From the NCBI GenBank assembly GCA_951406725.2, contig OX597815.1, positions 148,242,001-148,306,000 of the forward strand: a stretch of DNA of 64,000 nucleotides, in the 5' to 3' direction. This stretch comes from Octopus vulgaris. Taxonomy: Eukaryota. Shown piece by piece: positions 12,096 through 25,690 of the stretch (positions within the stretch are counted from its first letter, which is position 1; each line of letters starts with the position of its first letter). A program made the translations under genes and the position numbers. The notes below the pieces were generated by a model. It searched no databases and had not been told where the DNA came from. It was given only the letters and a program-made list of their open reading frames with translations.

Positions 12096-12919
12096 ATGTT
12101 TAGAGCGATAAATTATTTCCTGATTCTGAGAAGGAATGCCCGACTTTGACATGCAGTACTTAGCGGCTGTGAATGGGTGGATGTCTTGATTATGTTAGTG
12201 TTATCATTGGGATATAGGTTTTGGACGTGTATTCTTATCATAAGAAGAGACAATCTTTTAGCAATTCCGAACCAAAATGAGATATTTTTGAGGCTATTTT
12301 TGAGTCGGCCTAGAATTGAGGTGATCTGTCTAGGTTACAAGTTGCATATATATGAAACTAATACCAAGTTTAATTATAAGCTAATTGGATTCCATGGGAT
12401 TCGGGTGGGGTTATTATTTGATGAAATATGAAGGGTACAAAGAATGTTAGTGTGAAGGAAATGTGGTAGCATAGTGAGTATGTTTGATATAAAGGAAGTG
12501 AAAAACAGCGTTGTGTAAGTGACAAATATGGAGTGGCAGTGAGATGATAGCGTTTGTCACTCAACCGTTACTCTGCATGCATACTTTCGGAAATACATAG
12601 ATACATGCACACATGCACACATACACACAAACACATACCAATACATATAACTAATTTTTCAAACACCGAGGAAGAGAAAGAAAGGTGGCTGTGAGGAATA
12701 CGTAGATTTAAGGAGAATGTATGTGACTTTTCTGCTGTCCATCGCAAAGAGAAATTCACGCACGAAAACACACACACTTACATGCATATATATATATATA
12801 TATGCATAACATACATACATATATCTACTATACACTATTTTAACCTAGACATTACCTGTGTATTCGTTTGTAAATGTGTGTGTATTGTGTGTGAGTGTGT
12901 ATTTGTGTGCATGTGTGCT

Positions 12920-12953
<34 letters not shown>

Positions 12954-13239
12954 TGCTAGTCATGCCTCATAACTGTCTGTCTACATATTGTGAAATTTTT
13001 AAATTACGTCCAAATTTTCAAATTCGGTATATTGAAATAGCTTTCCACGTTAAATCCGACTTTGTTATAGAGTAGAATTACTGACAATAGTTACTACGGA
13101 TTAAAGTGCATAATCGGAAAAAAAGGATTTGAAGCTGGCATATTCTGCATGATAGCTGTCTATCACGAAATGAAAGCAAATATATTACGAGGAGGAATTT
13201 TTAATAAAAACATGAAAACAAAACATTACATATATATAT

Positions 13240-13565
13240 TCCATAAAAGAAACAACGGAATAGACGACAGATAAACGATACAAAGACGAAAGGGAAAGCA
13301 ATAGAACGATGGACAGCAAAAACAAAAGAAGGGTCATTCGTGGCTTTCTCTCCTCAGGCAAGTTTCCAGATTATCCTTACAGTTTCGGCAGCTTATAATT
13401 GAGCCTGTTCAAATCTGGCTAGCCCCAAATCTCTAAGATTAATTCATAAACTCTTTTGGGAGACAGCAAGCGAATATGTACGACAATAAAAACGAAAAAG
13501 CGAAGAAAAGGGGCAATTACAAATATATGCAACAAGAAAATAGCAACAGGTGTCTTTCGACACAC
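13240..13565 (-). repeat. Non-coding repeat homologous to part of the 49150-49866 element
   Basis: Minus-strand tgtcgaaagacacctgtt and ggggctagccagat..gccgaaact match 49522-49540 and 49683-49725. Confidence 0.6.
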
Positions 13566-13993
13566 ACGCACACGCACACATTCACATAGATATATTCATA
13601 CATACATAGGTGGATATATATATATACACAACCACACCGGGTAGCCTCATACACACGCGCGCGCGCAAACGCAAGGATCACACATCACATCACACAACAC
13701 AAGCCCTAGTTTACTGATACATATACGCCCCCATACGTAGGCACAAGCTCACATAATTTTAAGATTACCCTCGCATACATTCACAAGCTCTTGCAAATAT
13801 TCACACGCACACACTCTTACACATCATTTTTACAATCATCCTCGTTGACGCATCCCAGTTCAGCCAAATCACTGCTATTACCTCTTATATAACTCTCTTT
13901 ATTCCGCCCATTTCTTCCCACTAAATGGTTAATCCCGACACATTTTTTGACTCTACAATTGTACTCTCTCTCTCTCTTCATTTTCCCTCTTTT

Positions 13994-14031
13994 TCTTTCT
14001 GTTGAAGAGCGTTGGCTCGAAACATCAAAGA
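13994..14031 (+). ncRNA. Minimal hammerhead-like motif with variant core CUGUUGA
   Basis: Stem I tcttt/aaaga; CTGTTGA 13999-14005; extra A; stem II gagc-gttg-gctc; GAAA 14019-14022; AUC 14024-14026. Confidence 0.5.
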
Positions 14032-14161
14032 CTTTTCCAAACTTCCTGAGCTTCAAACTAATAAACTCCTAGTCGTTCCCTCGTGTCGCTTGCTCTTTTG
14101 TTTTCTGTATATTTGAACCGTACGTGTGTGTGTGTGTGCGCTTGCGCTCGCACGTGTGTGA

Positions 14162-14223
<62 letters not shown>

Positions 14224-14260
14224 GTGTATATATATATGTATATGTATATATATATCTATA

Positions 14261-14332
<72 letters not shown>

Positions 14333-14339
14333 TATTTAA

Positions 14340-14394
<55 letters not shown>

Positions 14395-14430
14395 TGTATG
14401 TGTGTGTGTGTGTGTATATATATACATGTG

Positions 14431-14772
14431 TGAAGGCGCATGGCTCGGTGGTTAGAGCGTCGAGCTTACGATCGTGAGGTTGTGAGCTCGAATCCCGGAC
14501 CGGGATGCGTGTTGTGTTCTTGAGCAAAGCACTTTATTTCACGTTGCTCCAGTTCACTCAGCTGTAGAAATGAGTTTCGACGTCACTGGTTCAAGCTGTA
14601 TCGATCTTTGTCTTTCCCTTGGATAACACTGGTGGCGTGGAGAGGGGAGGCTGGTATGCATGGGCGATTGCTGGTCTTCCATAAACAACCTTGCCCGGAC
14701 TTGTGTCTAGGAGGGTAACTTTCAAGGTGCAATCCCATGGTCATTCATGACCGAAGGGGATCTTTACCCTTT
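14431..14772 (+). mobile_element. Full-length tRNA-derived SINE with an Arg(ACG)-like head
   Basis: A box tggctcggtgg, loop cttacgat, B box gctcgaatcc, body gtgttcttgagcaa..gctccagttcactcagctg. Inverted copy at 19442-19780. Confidence 0.88.
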
Positions 14773-16479
14773 ATATATATACATATAACATACTGACCAA
14801 TCTAGAAATTTTGTGTAAGCACGCGTTGCAGAGACAATTGTAATTTATAATTTAAAATGTGTGAAGTGTTTTCTTTGTCTTCTCCTTTTCATTGGATACA
14901 ACACACACACACACACACACGCACACACACACACACACACTCATGTATGTATATAGATATATATATATATATATTTCCTGTTACGCTAAGAAGCGTGACA
15001 CGGTGTCAGAAAATTAGACGCTTCTCAAAATAGTTGTTAGAGTATCCTTAAAAGCGAAAACGAAGACAGTGTGGTTATGCATAGGCATCGAGTGATGTTG
15101 CTTTTAAGAATTTGTGACCTTTTGAAATCGTTTAATACGAATATTTTACACTTACGTAATATAGAATATTAAATGCGTTCATTACGTTTACTTTCCTCAC
15201 TTAAAGTATTTCAAAAAATTTTTAAATACTTTAACTGAGGGAGGTTTCCATAATAAATGCATTTCTTATCACATATTACGTAGACTTGAGAACATATTAA
15301 ATGATTTTAGAATATGACTACTTGCTTTGACTTCATCATTAGAAATATATACATATGTACATACATACATACATAAATACATACATACATACATATATGC
15401 ATACATATATACATACATATACACACATACACTCACTCCCTAACATATACACTTATATAGTGTTTGAAGTTTGATGAAGTATATCTCCATTGCTGCTAGT
15501 TATATATATGCCGATGAATACTACGCTGAATATGAGAAAAAAATTGATGTGATAGTAATGTTAAAAAGAAGTAAATAAAGTATAGACATAATAACCAAAG
15601 CATGTTGGTTTGCAGTATGAATAGACAAAGGTGGATTACTGTAGTAATATATGTAGCAAGGGAAATGAAAACTAATCTTGTGCGAAAATAATAATAAACT
15701 CTTGCAAACATCTAATGCAACGTGACGTCCATCATTGACAATGAGAAGATAGAAATGATGTTTTCGCTATATCTCGGAATATAACTACATTTTCAAATAC
15801 GTTCTGATTCCCCGGCGTATATAGGCATATACATTTTTTCTCCGTTTTCAATATTTTACATTCCTACTAACATGTCTTTCACACTCTCTCGCTCATATGC
15901 AAAATTTCTCACTGGGAAGCACACACTTATTCCCTTTCAAATCGTGTCCATATAAACGAGCACATACAACGATGACACTGTGCACATAATTATTATGGCA
16001 ATATCGTGTATGAAGTAATTTACCTTTGCATAATACATATGAATGCCACATAAACCAAACATACATACCTATACATTCACGCAGACACACACACACACAC
16101 GTACATGTACATATATATATGCATGTGTCTACACATATGTGTTTGTGTCAGTGTGTATGTATGTTTCTCTGTCTGTATCTCTTTAGCTGTATGTGAATAG
16201 AATCTGATATTTCCGTGTCTGTAATAAGACGATTGTCAAATAATATTTTGCCGCTGATCCATTCATATGTAATACAAAGCTTATTCGCAAGCACACTAAC
16301 AATCATGCACATACATACACACATGTATGTATATTTTAAATCGTTCAGTATTTCATTATATATTATTGTTTTAGTTTACATTAAGATTAAATAGGCAACG
16401 GCAATGTTTAAGGCCTGATATTATACCCACAATCTTGAATCATAACGTCAATGGAAATATATTTTAATCAATAATTAAT

Positions 16480-16715
16480 ACACTTTACGGAGATGTACTT
16501 GCATAGCGAGTGACCTGATCTAAGATAATGAATCCGCGAGATGTTCACTGACGAAACTCCGAGATGCAGCACGGAATTTTTTTCAGTGAACACGTCGCGG
16601 TCTGAAAGCGAGGAAAATATTTTGACAAATCAAATTTAAATGCTGAAGTGAATCTAACGGTTTTTGTGTGTTTTTAAAAGGCATATAAACACATTCTACG
16701 CTGCAATTAATACGC
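16480..16715. repeat. Probable short interspersed repeat containing a long hairpin (16534-16600)
   Basis: Inverted arms ccgcga.atgttcactga / tcagtgaaca..tcgcgg. Confidence 0.45.
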
Positions 16716-17866
16716 TAAAATTAACCAAATCTTATATCAGCTTGCACATGTAAGAATGAGCATATATGTATATGTGCCTACTCGACATTTCCATATCCAA
16801 GGAAAATAGAAGCATCTAAACTAAAATGAACAGTAAAATTTGAAATGATTCGTACTTTATTATTAAACTGTAATTTTAGTTCTATACACTGGAACTAAAT
16901 CTTATTGTCATAGCAATATACTGTTTTAACAAAGTTTCTAAACTGTCATTTGGTATTTGCATTCGTTTATGTGAAGGTAGATTTATTGTTATTACATGTT
17001 TTTCTTCATTGGTTTCGTGTTTACATTGATATTCTTCTATAAGAAATTCGACATTTACTTGGTGTTCTTCCTGTTATCGCAGCTAGAAAACATATATAAC
17101 GGCTTTCAATTATATATTCTCTTTACAACTAAATCCTAAACTTTATTTCATAGACGCAAACCATTCCAATGATAATATTCGTATTACGTAATACATATTG
17201 TTATGGTTCTGAGACACTTTCCATGAAATCCATTCTGGATTTTACTTTCGTATATATTCATTATTGGTTAGAAATCTCATTTGCATTAACAAGTTGCGCT
17301 TGATTCATTTCGATTCATTAGCGGAAATGAACGAAGCAAATAACAATACTACATAGGAAATGTATTCGACGAAACAAACTCTGTAAGAAAAATGTTGATA
17401 AAATATTTAATTAGCATATATTCTGCTGAATAATCACAATATATTCAAGAAATATACAGTTAAACATTCATCTATTGAAGTGAATGTGTATGTATTGTGT
17501 AAGGGTGTAATTGTGCTCCATCAATTAGCTAAGAGAATTGTTTTATTTAGGAATCGTGTGATTAACGTACAGTAACAGGTCTTCAAAACTGTAACAACAT
17601 TTCTTGTCTCTTATACTGATATTCAAACAAAATTCTATTCATATAACATACAAGGAATTACTGCAAATTGTCCATAATAAATCTTCACAACCCAAACTGT
17701 TCTATGCAAGCTACAAACAACCTCTAACCTGTTTATATCTTCTGAAGATAACGAATCTTTCTAATTATTGAAAACATCCATATAGAGAGGAACAACTATT
17801 GCGATACATGGGATGCATTCCGCATCATAAATATTTCCCTGTATTTCGCAAGTATTATATATATAT

Positions 17867-18270
17867 AGGCGCAGGAGTGGCTGTGTGGTAAGTAGCTTGC
17901 TAACCAACCACATGGTTCTGGGTTCAGTCCCACTGCGTGGCGTCTTGGGCAAGTGTCTTCTGCTATAGCCTCGGGCCGACCAAAGCCTTGTGAGTGGATT
18001 TGGTAGACGGAAACTGAAAGAAGCCTGTCGTATATATGTATATATATATATAAGTGTATGTGTTTGTGTGTCTGTGTTTGTTCCCCTAGCATTGCTTGAC
18101 AACCGATGCTGGTGTGTTTACGTCCCCGTCACTTAGCGGTTCGGCAAAAGACACCGATAGAATAAGTACTGGGCTTACAAAGAATAAGTCCCGGGGTCGA
18201 TTTGCTCGACTAAAGGCGGTGCTCCAGCATGGCCGCAGTCATATGACTGAAACAGGTAAAAAGAGAAAAA
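17867..18270 (+). mobile_element. Full-length tRNA-derived SINE with a CORE-like block, an internal (TA)/(TG) tract and a LINE-like 3' stem-loop
   Basis: A box tggctgtgtgg, B box ggttcagtcc, cttgggcaagt block. Near-identical inverted copy at 43066-43491. Confidence 0.9.
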
Positions 18271-18303
18271 GAGAGAGAGATATATATATGCATACATATA
18301 TTC

Positions 18304-18360
18304 AATGACGGTGCCCCAGCATGGCCACAGCTCGTGAGCTGAAACTAGATAAGATAAGAT
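18304..18360 (+). mobile_element. Extremely 5'-truncated copy of the 3' tail of the LINE at 29760-30785
   Basis: aatgacggtgccccagcatggccacagctcgtgagctgaaactagataa matches 30722-30770. Confidence 0.85.
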
Positions 18361-18655
18361 ATGTAGTACATACCTACATATATATGTATATATACATGCA
18401 TATATGTGTACAGGACACATCTACTTCGCGTTTCTATTGTTTTTATGGTTTCGTTTCTTATTTTGTTCAACGTTTTTGGATATCCTGTACCCATAAAGGC
18501 TTTTATATATACATGTATATGTAGATATTTACATATATGTATGTATGTATGCATATATTTATATATTAATTATATTATTATATGATCGAAGGCCACGCAT
18601 CCTTTTCCAAGTAAGTTTATCTATCTATCTATCTATCTATATAAAAAAATATGTA

Positions 18656-18716
<61 letters not shown>

Positions 18717-18927
18717 TGGGAGAGACTTGTGTATGTGTATGTGTGTATATATGCATATGATATATTAATATACGAATACAGATGTTAAACCTTTTCGTAT
18801 ATGATTTCGTATATGTATCTAAGCTTGTATACACAAACACACACAAACACGCATATATATGTTTATATACATATCTAGAACTAGCTATATACCATCCATC
18901 AAACTCTCTTTCTCCCTCTCTATCTCA

Positions 18928-18963
<36 letters not shown>

Positions 18964-19441
18964 TTGTATACGCACATATATACGGCGATGACAGCGGATT
19001 TTATGCGACAACACATATGGACCACCCAAGCCTAATACTATTAAGTATTTGCATATAGTTCGGATATATTTGATGATTTATTATGTCTCCTCTTTCACAG
19101 AACAGCTTGATGTATTGGTGTACAGACAACAGCGTAGGAGAGCATCAAGATCAAACTTGTACTGGACGAAAAGCTACCTTATGAATGAATTTGGACGGGA
19201 AGCCATCTGGAGATTGGAAACAAGTTCCTTATATCACGATGATTCATACTGGGCTTCAAATAACCGATATGACCGTTGTAAAAAATGTCAGTCGTGGCCA
19301 GTAGCGTTTGGCACATCGGGCACTCTCATGAATTCTGGCGTGCAGTCTCATCGGGCACTCTCATTGCGTCTGCACGCTAGAATTCATCCATAAATGCTTT
19401 ATTGCCGGAATACATATATATCACAGTAAATATATCCATAT

Positions 19442-19780
19442 CTTTGAGACCCCCATCGGCCATGACTGACCATGGGATTGCACCTAGAAACTTACCCTCC
19501 CATGCACATGTCCAGGCAAGGTTGTTTAGGATGACCAGCAATCACCAATGCATACCGTCCTACCCTCTCCACACCACCAGTGTTATTCACAGGAAAGGCA
19601 AAGACCGATACAGCTTGGTACCCGTGACTTCGCAACTCATTTCAACAGCTGAGTGAACTGGAGCAATATGAAATAAAGTGTCTTGCTCAAGAACACAACA
19701 CGCAGCCCGGTCCGGGATTCGTACTCACAACCTCACAATCGTAAGCTCGACACTCTAACTACTGAGGCATGCGCCTTCAC
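19442..19780 (-). mobile_element. tRNA-derived SINE, same family as 14431-14772
   Basis: Reverse complement aligns over the full length. Confidence 0.88.
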
Positions 19781-19799
19781 ACACACACACATTCAACAG

Positions 19800-21130
19800 C
19801 TGTACCTGTTACGAAAGGAACATCAACCCTACGTATATCCTGTTGAGGTACTCCCAACCCGGCCAGATTATCTCCAGCAATTATAGTCTATCCTACTTCC
19901 TCTCACAGGTGTTACGACCACTCATTGAAATATCCCCAGATGTCTGTGTGAGCACGGAGGGCCTCTTCAGTAGGATCAGTAGTTGCAAGAACTCCAACGA
20001 CCTCGCAGGTTGTGTGCTGGTTAGAATGGATGTGGTTTCCCTCTACCCATCTATAGACAATGTATTTTTTTTGTGCAATATTGCATTCAGATTATCTGTG
20101 ATAGTGAAGTAGATTTCCACAAAGTCAACACGAAAGAACTTGGCCTCCTCCTTACACTAAGCTATTATCATAACTACACAGACAACCATGACCTAAGTAG
20201 ACTTTGTCCCACCAGGTCTCAGAGAGGAAGCCGATTGACCATCACTTCAGGAGTGAAGAAAACCCACATAAAGCGCTGGGGTGGCTGGACAATAACCACT
20301 TAGGACCCTGAGAACAACATTCATGTGAAAAGAATGACGACGCATGCCATAGGAGCTAGTACAAAAACCACCTTCAGGAACAACATAGTGAAGTTTGACT
20401 CTGAAAAGCCAATGAAACAAGTGTACATATACAGAACTTCATGCACTACATGCAATTCTCTGGACATGACCAGAAAGATAGGGCGCAGCCATTGGTATCG
20501 GTGTGGCGGGAGATGTAGCCTTCCTCTTCATGACATGGTGGGACAGAAAACTTAACAATCCGCAACTGCATTGCTTTACTGTAGTATGTAGATGGCATCA
20601 ATAACCTAGTTAGGACAAACCCAAGTGAAAATAGTGTAGAAACTGAGAAGAGCATAATGGAGAGCATCCAGTACGTAGCTAACTGCATCCACCAAAGCAT
20701 CAAGGTAACTATATATTACCCCACTTGGTACTCTAACAATAGGGTCCCTATCCTGGATGGTGAACTTTTAGTAGAGACTGTAGGAAAAGAGTGCAGCTCC
20801 TTTACTGCTATTATATGAAACCCATTGCTTCTAAACATGTTGTTCACAGGAACTCAGCTGTGTTACACAATATGAAAATCAAGATACTGATAGCAGTCTT
20901 AGGATAATGAATAAAGTGATCCCACTCTGAAAACCTTATGAAACAAATGAACATGGACAGAAGCTCATGCTGGATATGACCAGACTTGTAGGATCCAGAT
21001 ATACCGAGGAGCTAGAAAGAAGGTAGATAGCATTATATGTAATGAAGCCAGTAGTACCCTCCCTAAATAGAAGGACAAAAACTGGTATAATATAGTGAGA
21101 GTTTGTTACAAAGTAAATACAGTAAACACA
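19800..21130 (+). mobile_element. Decayed Penelope-like element RT region
   Basis: Fragments LSQVLRPL, STEGL, MDVVSLYPSID, GAAIGIGVAGDVA, YVDG, VPILD, YMKPIASKHVVHRNSA follow PLE RT motif order; many stops and frameshifts. Confidence 0.75.
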
Positions 21131-21261
21131 TGCTACAGGGCTGAAATATCAAGGCGTGATGTTCGTAGTCGCTACACTCCGTAGATTTAGAAAATGACCT
21201 GACGGATGTGACATACGAACTTCATCGAAGCACCCAAAGGAGATATCACTCAAACAAATAC

Positions 21262-21460
21262 AGAGAAACGTTAGCACGCCGGGCGAAATGCTTAGTGGTA
21301 TTTCGTCTGTCTTTAGTTAAGAGTTCAAATTCCGCCGAGGTTGACTTTACCTTTCACCTTTAAGGGTCGATAAATAAAGTACCAGTTGCGTACTGGATCG
21401 ATGTAATCGACTGGCTCCCTCTCCAAAAATTTCGGTCTTTGTACCTAGAGTAGAAAAGGT
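21262..21460 (+). mobile_element. SINE with a Deu/Nin-like domain; partial copies at ~25386-25486 and 46640-46795
   Basis: gagttcaaattccgccgaggttgacttt.cctttca.cttt.agggtcgataaataaagtaccagt. Confidence 0.8.
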
Positions 21461-21465
21461 ATATG

Positions 21466-21523
<58 letters not shown>

Positions 21524-21721
21524 TGTGTGTCTGTGTGTATGTGTGCGTGTGTGATTTTCGTTGAGTAAACTGCTAAGGTTAAGATTGAAAATGTTTTGCT
21601 TACCATTTTAAAAGTTTTCACTTAATTCAAGTGTTGTTTCAATCTTGTGTATATTATGTGTTTGAGTGGTGTCTGTATCAATATTTATTAGATTTCAACT
21701 TGTATTTGCTCTTATTTGAAC

Positions 21722-21791
<70 letters not shown>

Positions 21792-21989
21792 GCCTAAAAA
21801 TCAGTCTGATACCAAATGTAATTATATATCTATATTCTGTGGGTTTAAGGGTATCACAACCTTCTACGTGTATTTCTTATATATTTAATGAAAAAGTGAT
21901 TTTGTTCTTATGGCTACTTGGAACGCTATAAGCCTTAGAATTATAACTATATGATCGCTGCTATTTTTAACGAGCTTTCATTCATATAT

Positions 21990-23420
21990 AATATGCGACT
22001 GAAAATGAAAATTTAGGAGCAAAGGCACAACGGCAGAGCAAAGACGGGCAACCGAATCAGAGCAAACAAGGGCAAAGTGACCGAAACAGGTGGCTCACTA
22101 TGCATGGAGATGTACACATGATTCTGTTTCCGCTACACATGACCGATCGATTACGGTATTTCGAGAGGAGAATATTCTACTTCAAATAATGGTGTCCGAT
22201 AACAACTTGCTGATGCAACAGTAAACAGATTTTTCATTGCGATCATGTGGAAGTAGTGGAGTTGACAACCAATCTAAGACTTCTTACAGAAGGTCATTCT
22301 GATGAAAGAGATTTTGCTAATTACCTTCTTGATATAGAAAATAGCAACATTTCTGTTGAAGGAAGCCTAATTAAATTCAAAATCAAATTACTCAATAACC
22401 CTTGCCTTGAAAGTGGTACTCTTTCAGATCTATGTGACTTTGTATATGCTTACCTCAAAAATAACTTCACAAACCCAATCGAGTTCATCAACAAGATTAC
22501 ACCTTCAGGTTTTCCACCACATATTCTCAAGCTGAAGGAAGAACGATGCATAATGCTTCTGAGAATGTTAAGTACTAATAATGGACATTGTGAACTTTCA
22601 TGATCATTTTTTGAGGCTGCAGATGCATCTGGCCCTTCGGTAGGATCGACACAGCCAATCCCAATAATACCACATGTATTACTAGAAATGGAATTTCCAT
22701 TTACATTTACACCCAAAAATTTCCTGTCGAGCAAACTTTTGTCTTGACGTGCAACAAGACAGGGACGTACTGTCGAACAAATTGGAATATATCTTCTTAC
22801 AGAATTCTTCTCACATGTTCGAGAGAAATGGAAACAGTATGCTTACTGACAACTGTTTGTAGAAGGAGGTAGTACTCTGAAGCAAAATATGGTATCTACC
22901 TTGTTTCAGTAAATATAATAAACACATAAATTATATGTAATTTAACATGTATTTGTGTGAAATTAAATTGTTTTGACATATTTCAACATATACCGAATGA
23001 AAGAGATCGTTATATGAGATCATTTTAAATCTGGGTATATTTGAAAAAGTAAGGAAATGTCATTCCTATGTGTTGTCACAGCACCAGTTTTTGTGTGTGT
23101 GAGTATGTGTATATCACTACCCCTCATCCATCAATCCATCCATTCATTATTCTTCTATCAATCTATCTATCTATCTATACACACCTATGTAAGTTCTATA
23201 AATTATTAATGATAAATATATATAATAGATTGGCTCTTTAAAAAGAGTGATTATGGCTGATAAAATAATGAAAGCAATATTTACTAAGCAAGTGAGCACA
23301 CCAACACCGGAAAGAACGAGACGTAAAATATCGTAAACAATATTAGAATTGGGTTTCAAATGTGGAAATATTATCGAGTAGCTAGTAGAAAATCGCCCAG
23401 AGGGCGGTCTTTCTGCTGGT
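21990..23420 (+). mobile_element. Helitron remnant (PIF1-type helicase C-terminus and 3' terminus)
   Basis: VELTTNLRL..FANYLLDI and NKITPSGFPPHILKLK..IMLLRML..GHC match Helitron RepHel helicase motifs. 3' hairpin cgccc-aga-gggcg at 23394-23406, then CTGG at 23416-23419 followed by T. Confidence 0.82.
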
Positions 23421-25633
23421 ATATATATATATATATACTAGATAAAATTTTGAATCAACTTTCACCACAGTGTTGGACTAAATGCATGCTATACATTGGA
23501 ATACGTTAGTGATACACATAGAGCTCTACGTTGTATTGAAAGTAAATTAAATAAGAAAAACAGTAATTAGTATTTACAAATAGAATTATAAGAGCCTCAT
23601 TCTAAAACGCATAATGTTTTTGGTCTCTCTTTTCAAGTAAAATAAGTCTACTGTGAATTTTAGCAACAAATTCCTCATTAAACAACCTTCTTTGTAATGG
23701 AACCTATACAATTATATGCATGTGGTAGGTGTCACTAAAATCAAACCTGTAATTTCAGTGTCAGAATAGTTAGACACAAACCTAATTAATTTTTCAGTTC
23801 CTGGATTAGATAATCCACGCTCTCCCACGTGACTTTCAGCATGTCAATCACTGTCAGTTTTTATATCTTTAATCATTTACTCTTTGAAGTTTCACAGATG
23901 CTTTCGATAATTTATTAATGCGAATCTTACAAATATAATTACGCTAATTTGCAAGAAAAAACTAAGTTAATGATTTGTAGATGTATTCTTTAATCTTATT
24001 ATTTGATACAAATATATATTAAGAAATGAAGTATAATTGTTAGCTTGATGCCTTCTAGCTATGTATTCTGAGATTATGTACTCAACTAAAAGGACATAGA
24101 AAATATGACTTCATATTAATCATATAAAAGCAAACATCAAAAGTATTTTTCAGCTTCAGTTATTTTATTTTATTACTAACGTCACAAACGCTATTTATAC
24201 GTAATTAATAATGAGAGAAATTATCACAGAATTATATGGAAATTTAGAATACTAAAATCATTCGCCTGTTATCTTTCTATAATTTCAAAGTTGAAAAAGA
24301 ATACAACTTACAATTTTCACACTTTCTAAGAATATTCGGATATTTTTAAAAACAAGTTTTGTTCATATATCCGATTCTAATTGATGATGTTGATTGTACG
24401 CTAGAATTAAATGAAGTCGCAGAAGTTTGGAAGTACAATGCCTAATTTGTAGATGGTGTCATAGATCGTGTACTGACAACGTTTCTACTAATGCAGTATA
24501 TTAAATAACACGTCTATTTATGAATTCTGGTTGAAAATTGAAATTGTTCAGCGATAAGCAAGTATTGTATCCATAGAAAATTATAAAATATAAATTGAAA
24601 AATACATGAATACCCGAATAAATACTTTATTACTAATTAAATGATTTAGAATTAGAGAAAATAACATAATAATACATGAAAATAACACTTTCAAAATTTT
24701 CCCTCGGGAGTGAAAACGTGTTTCAGTAATTACCAATTATAGATAGTGCAATGTATCGTTGTGTAGTTAAGGATGTTACATTCCAACTGCATCATTTGTG
24801 GTTCGATTTCACTGAGCGTAATCTGTTCAATTTATATTTTCCTACAATAGAAAACTCTTCAACAGCAATTTATGAGGGAACTTTCGTAAATATAGTTTAA
24901 CCATCATATAATTATATACTTATGCATAATTTCTGACTCTCTCACAGACATACACATACGTATGTGTTTGTGTATGTATGCGTATGTGTTTTTGTATTTG
25001 TATGTATATGTGTGTCAAAATCAAAACGATATGGCATTTTCAGTTTCGTGAATATAGAATAGATTTCCAAGGGAAGAATTTCACAGTAAAAAACAAAAAT
25101 AAATAATAATTCGGTAACATTTGAAGTAACTTTAGCTGGTGCAAGGGAAAACCGACGCGTCTACAGGCAACGGCAGATAATACCAACATTATGAAATTAC
25201 TTTTTCTAGTTTTACCACAAGTACATTAGTATTTTTAGTGGCGGGTCATATCAATTTCATCGACCATGTACTTGACTGGTGCTTAGTTCAGTGGTCTCTA
25301 AAAATTCGTTTGGGTAAATATTAACAAAATACCCTTCGTTTATTTTTTTACTTAGGCACAAAGTTAGAACTATATCAAGCATCAGAAGGCTGCGAGCTGA
25401 CAGAAACGTTAGTACGCCGTGCAAAATGATTAGCAGTATTTACTTTCTGAGTTCAAATTCCGCCGAGGTTGAATTTGCCTTTCATCTGCCACAGCCACGT
25501 GGATTTTAGGTGTTTTCGCTCAATAAACACTCACAACGCCCGGTCTGGGAATCGGACTTAGCGCGGTGTAAACACACCAGCAAAGGTTGTAAAGCGATGT
25601 TGGGGGACAAACACAGATACATAAACAGATACA

Positions 25634-25689
<56 letters not shown>

Positions 25690-25690
<1 letters not shown>

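Noticed and set aside
14053-14455. Many ORFs made of IYIY, CVCV, THTH, poly-I, poly-L or poly-N (here and throughout)
   Set aside because: Translations of TA, TG, TAA and GAA microsatellites
19049-19393. 114-aa ORF as a host exon
   Set aside because: No recognisable domain; other frames faintly resemble a decayed RTE 3' region, too weak to call
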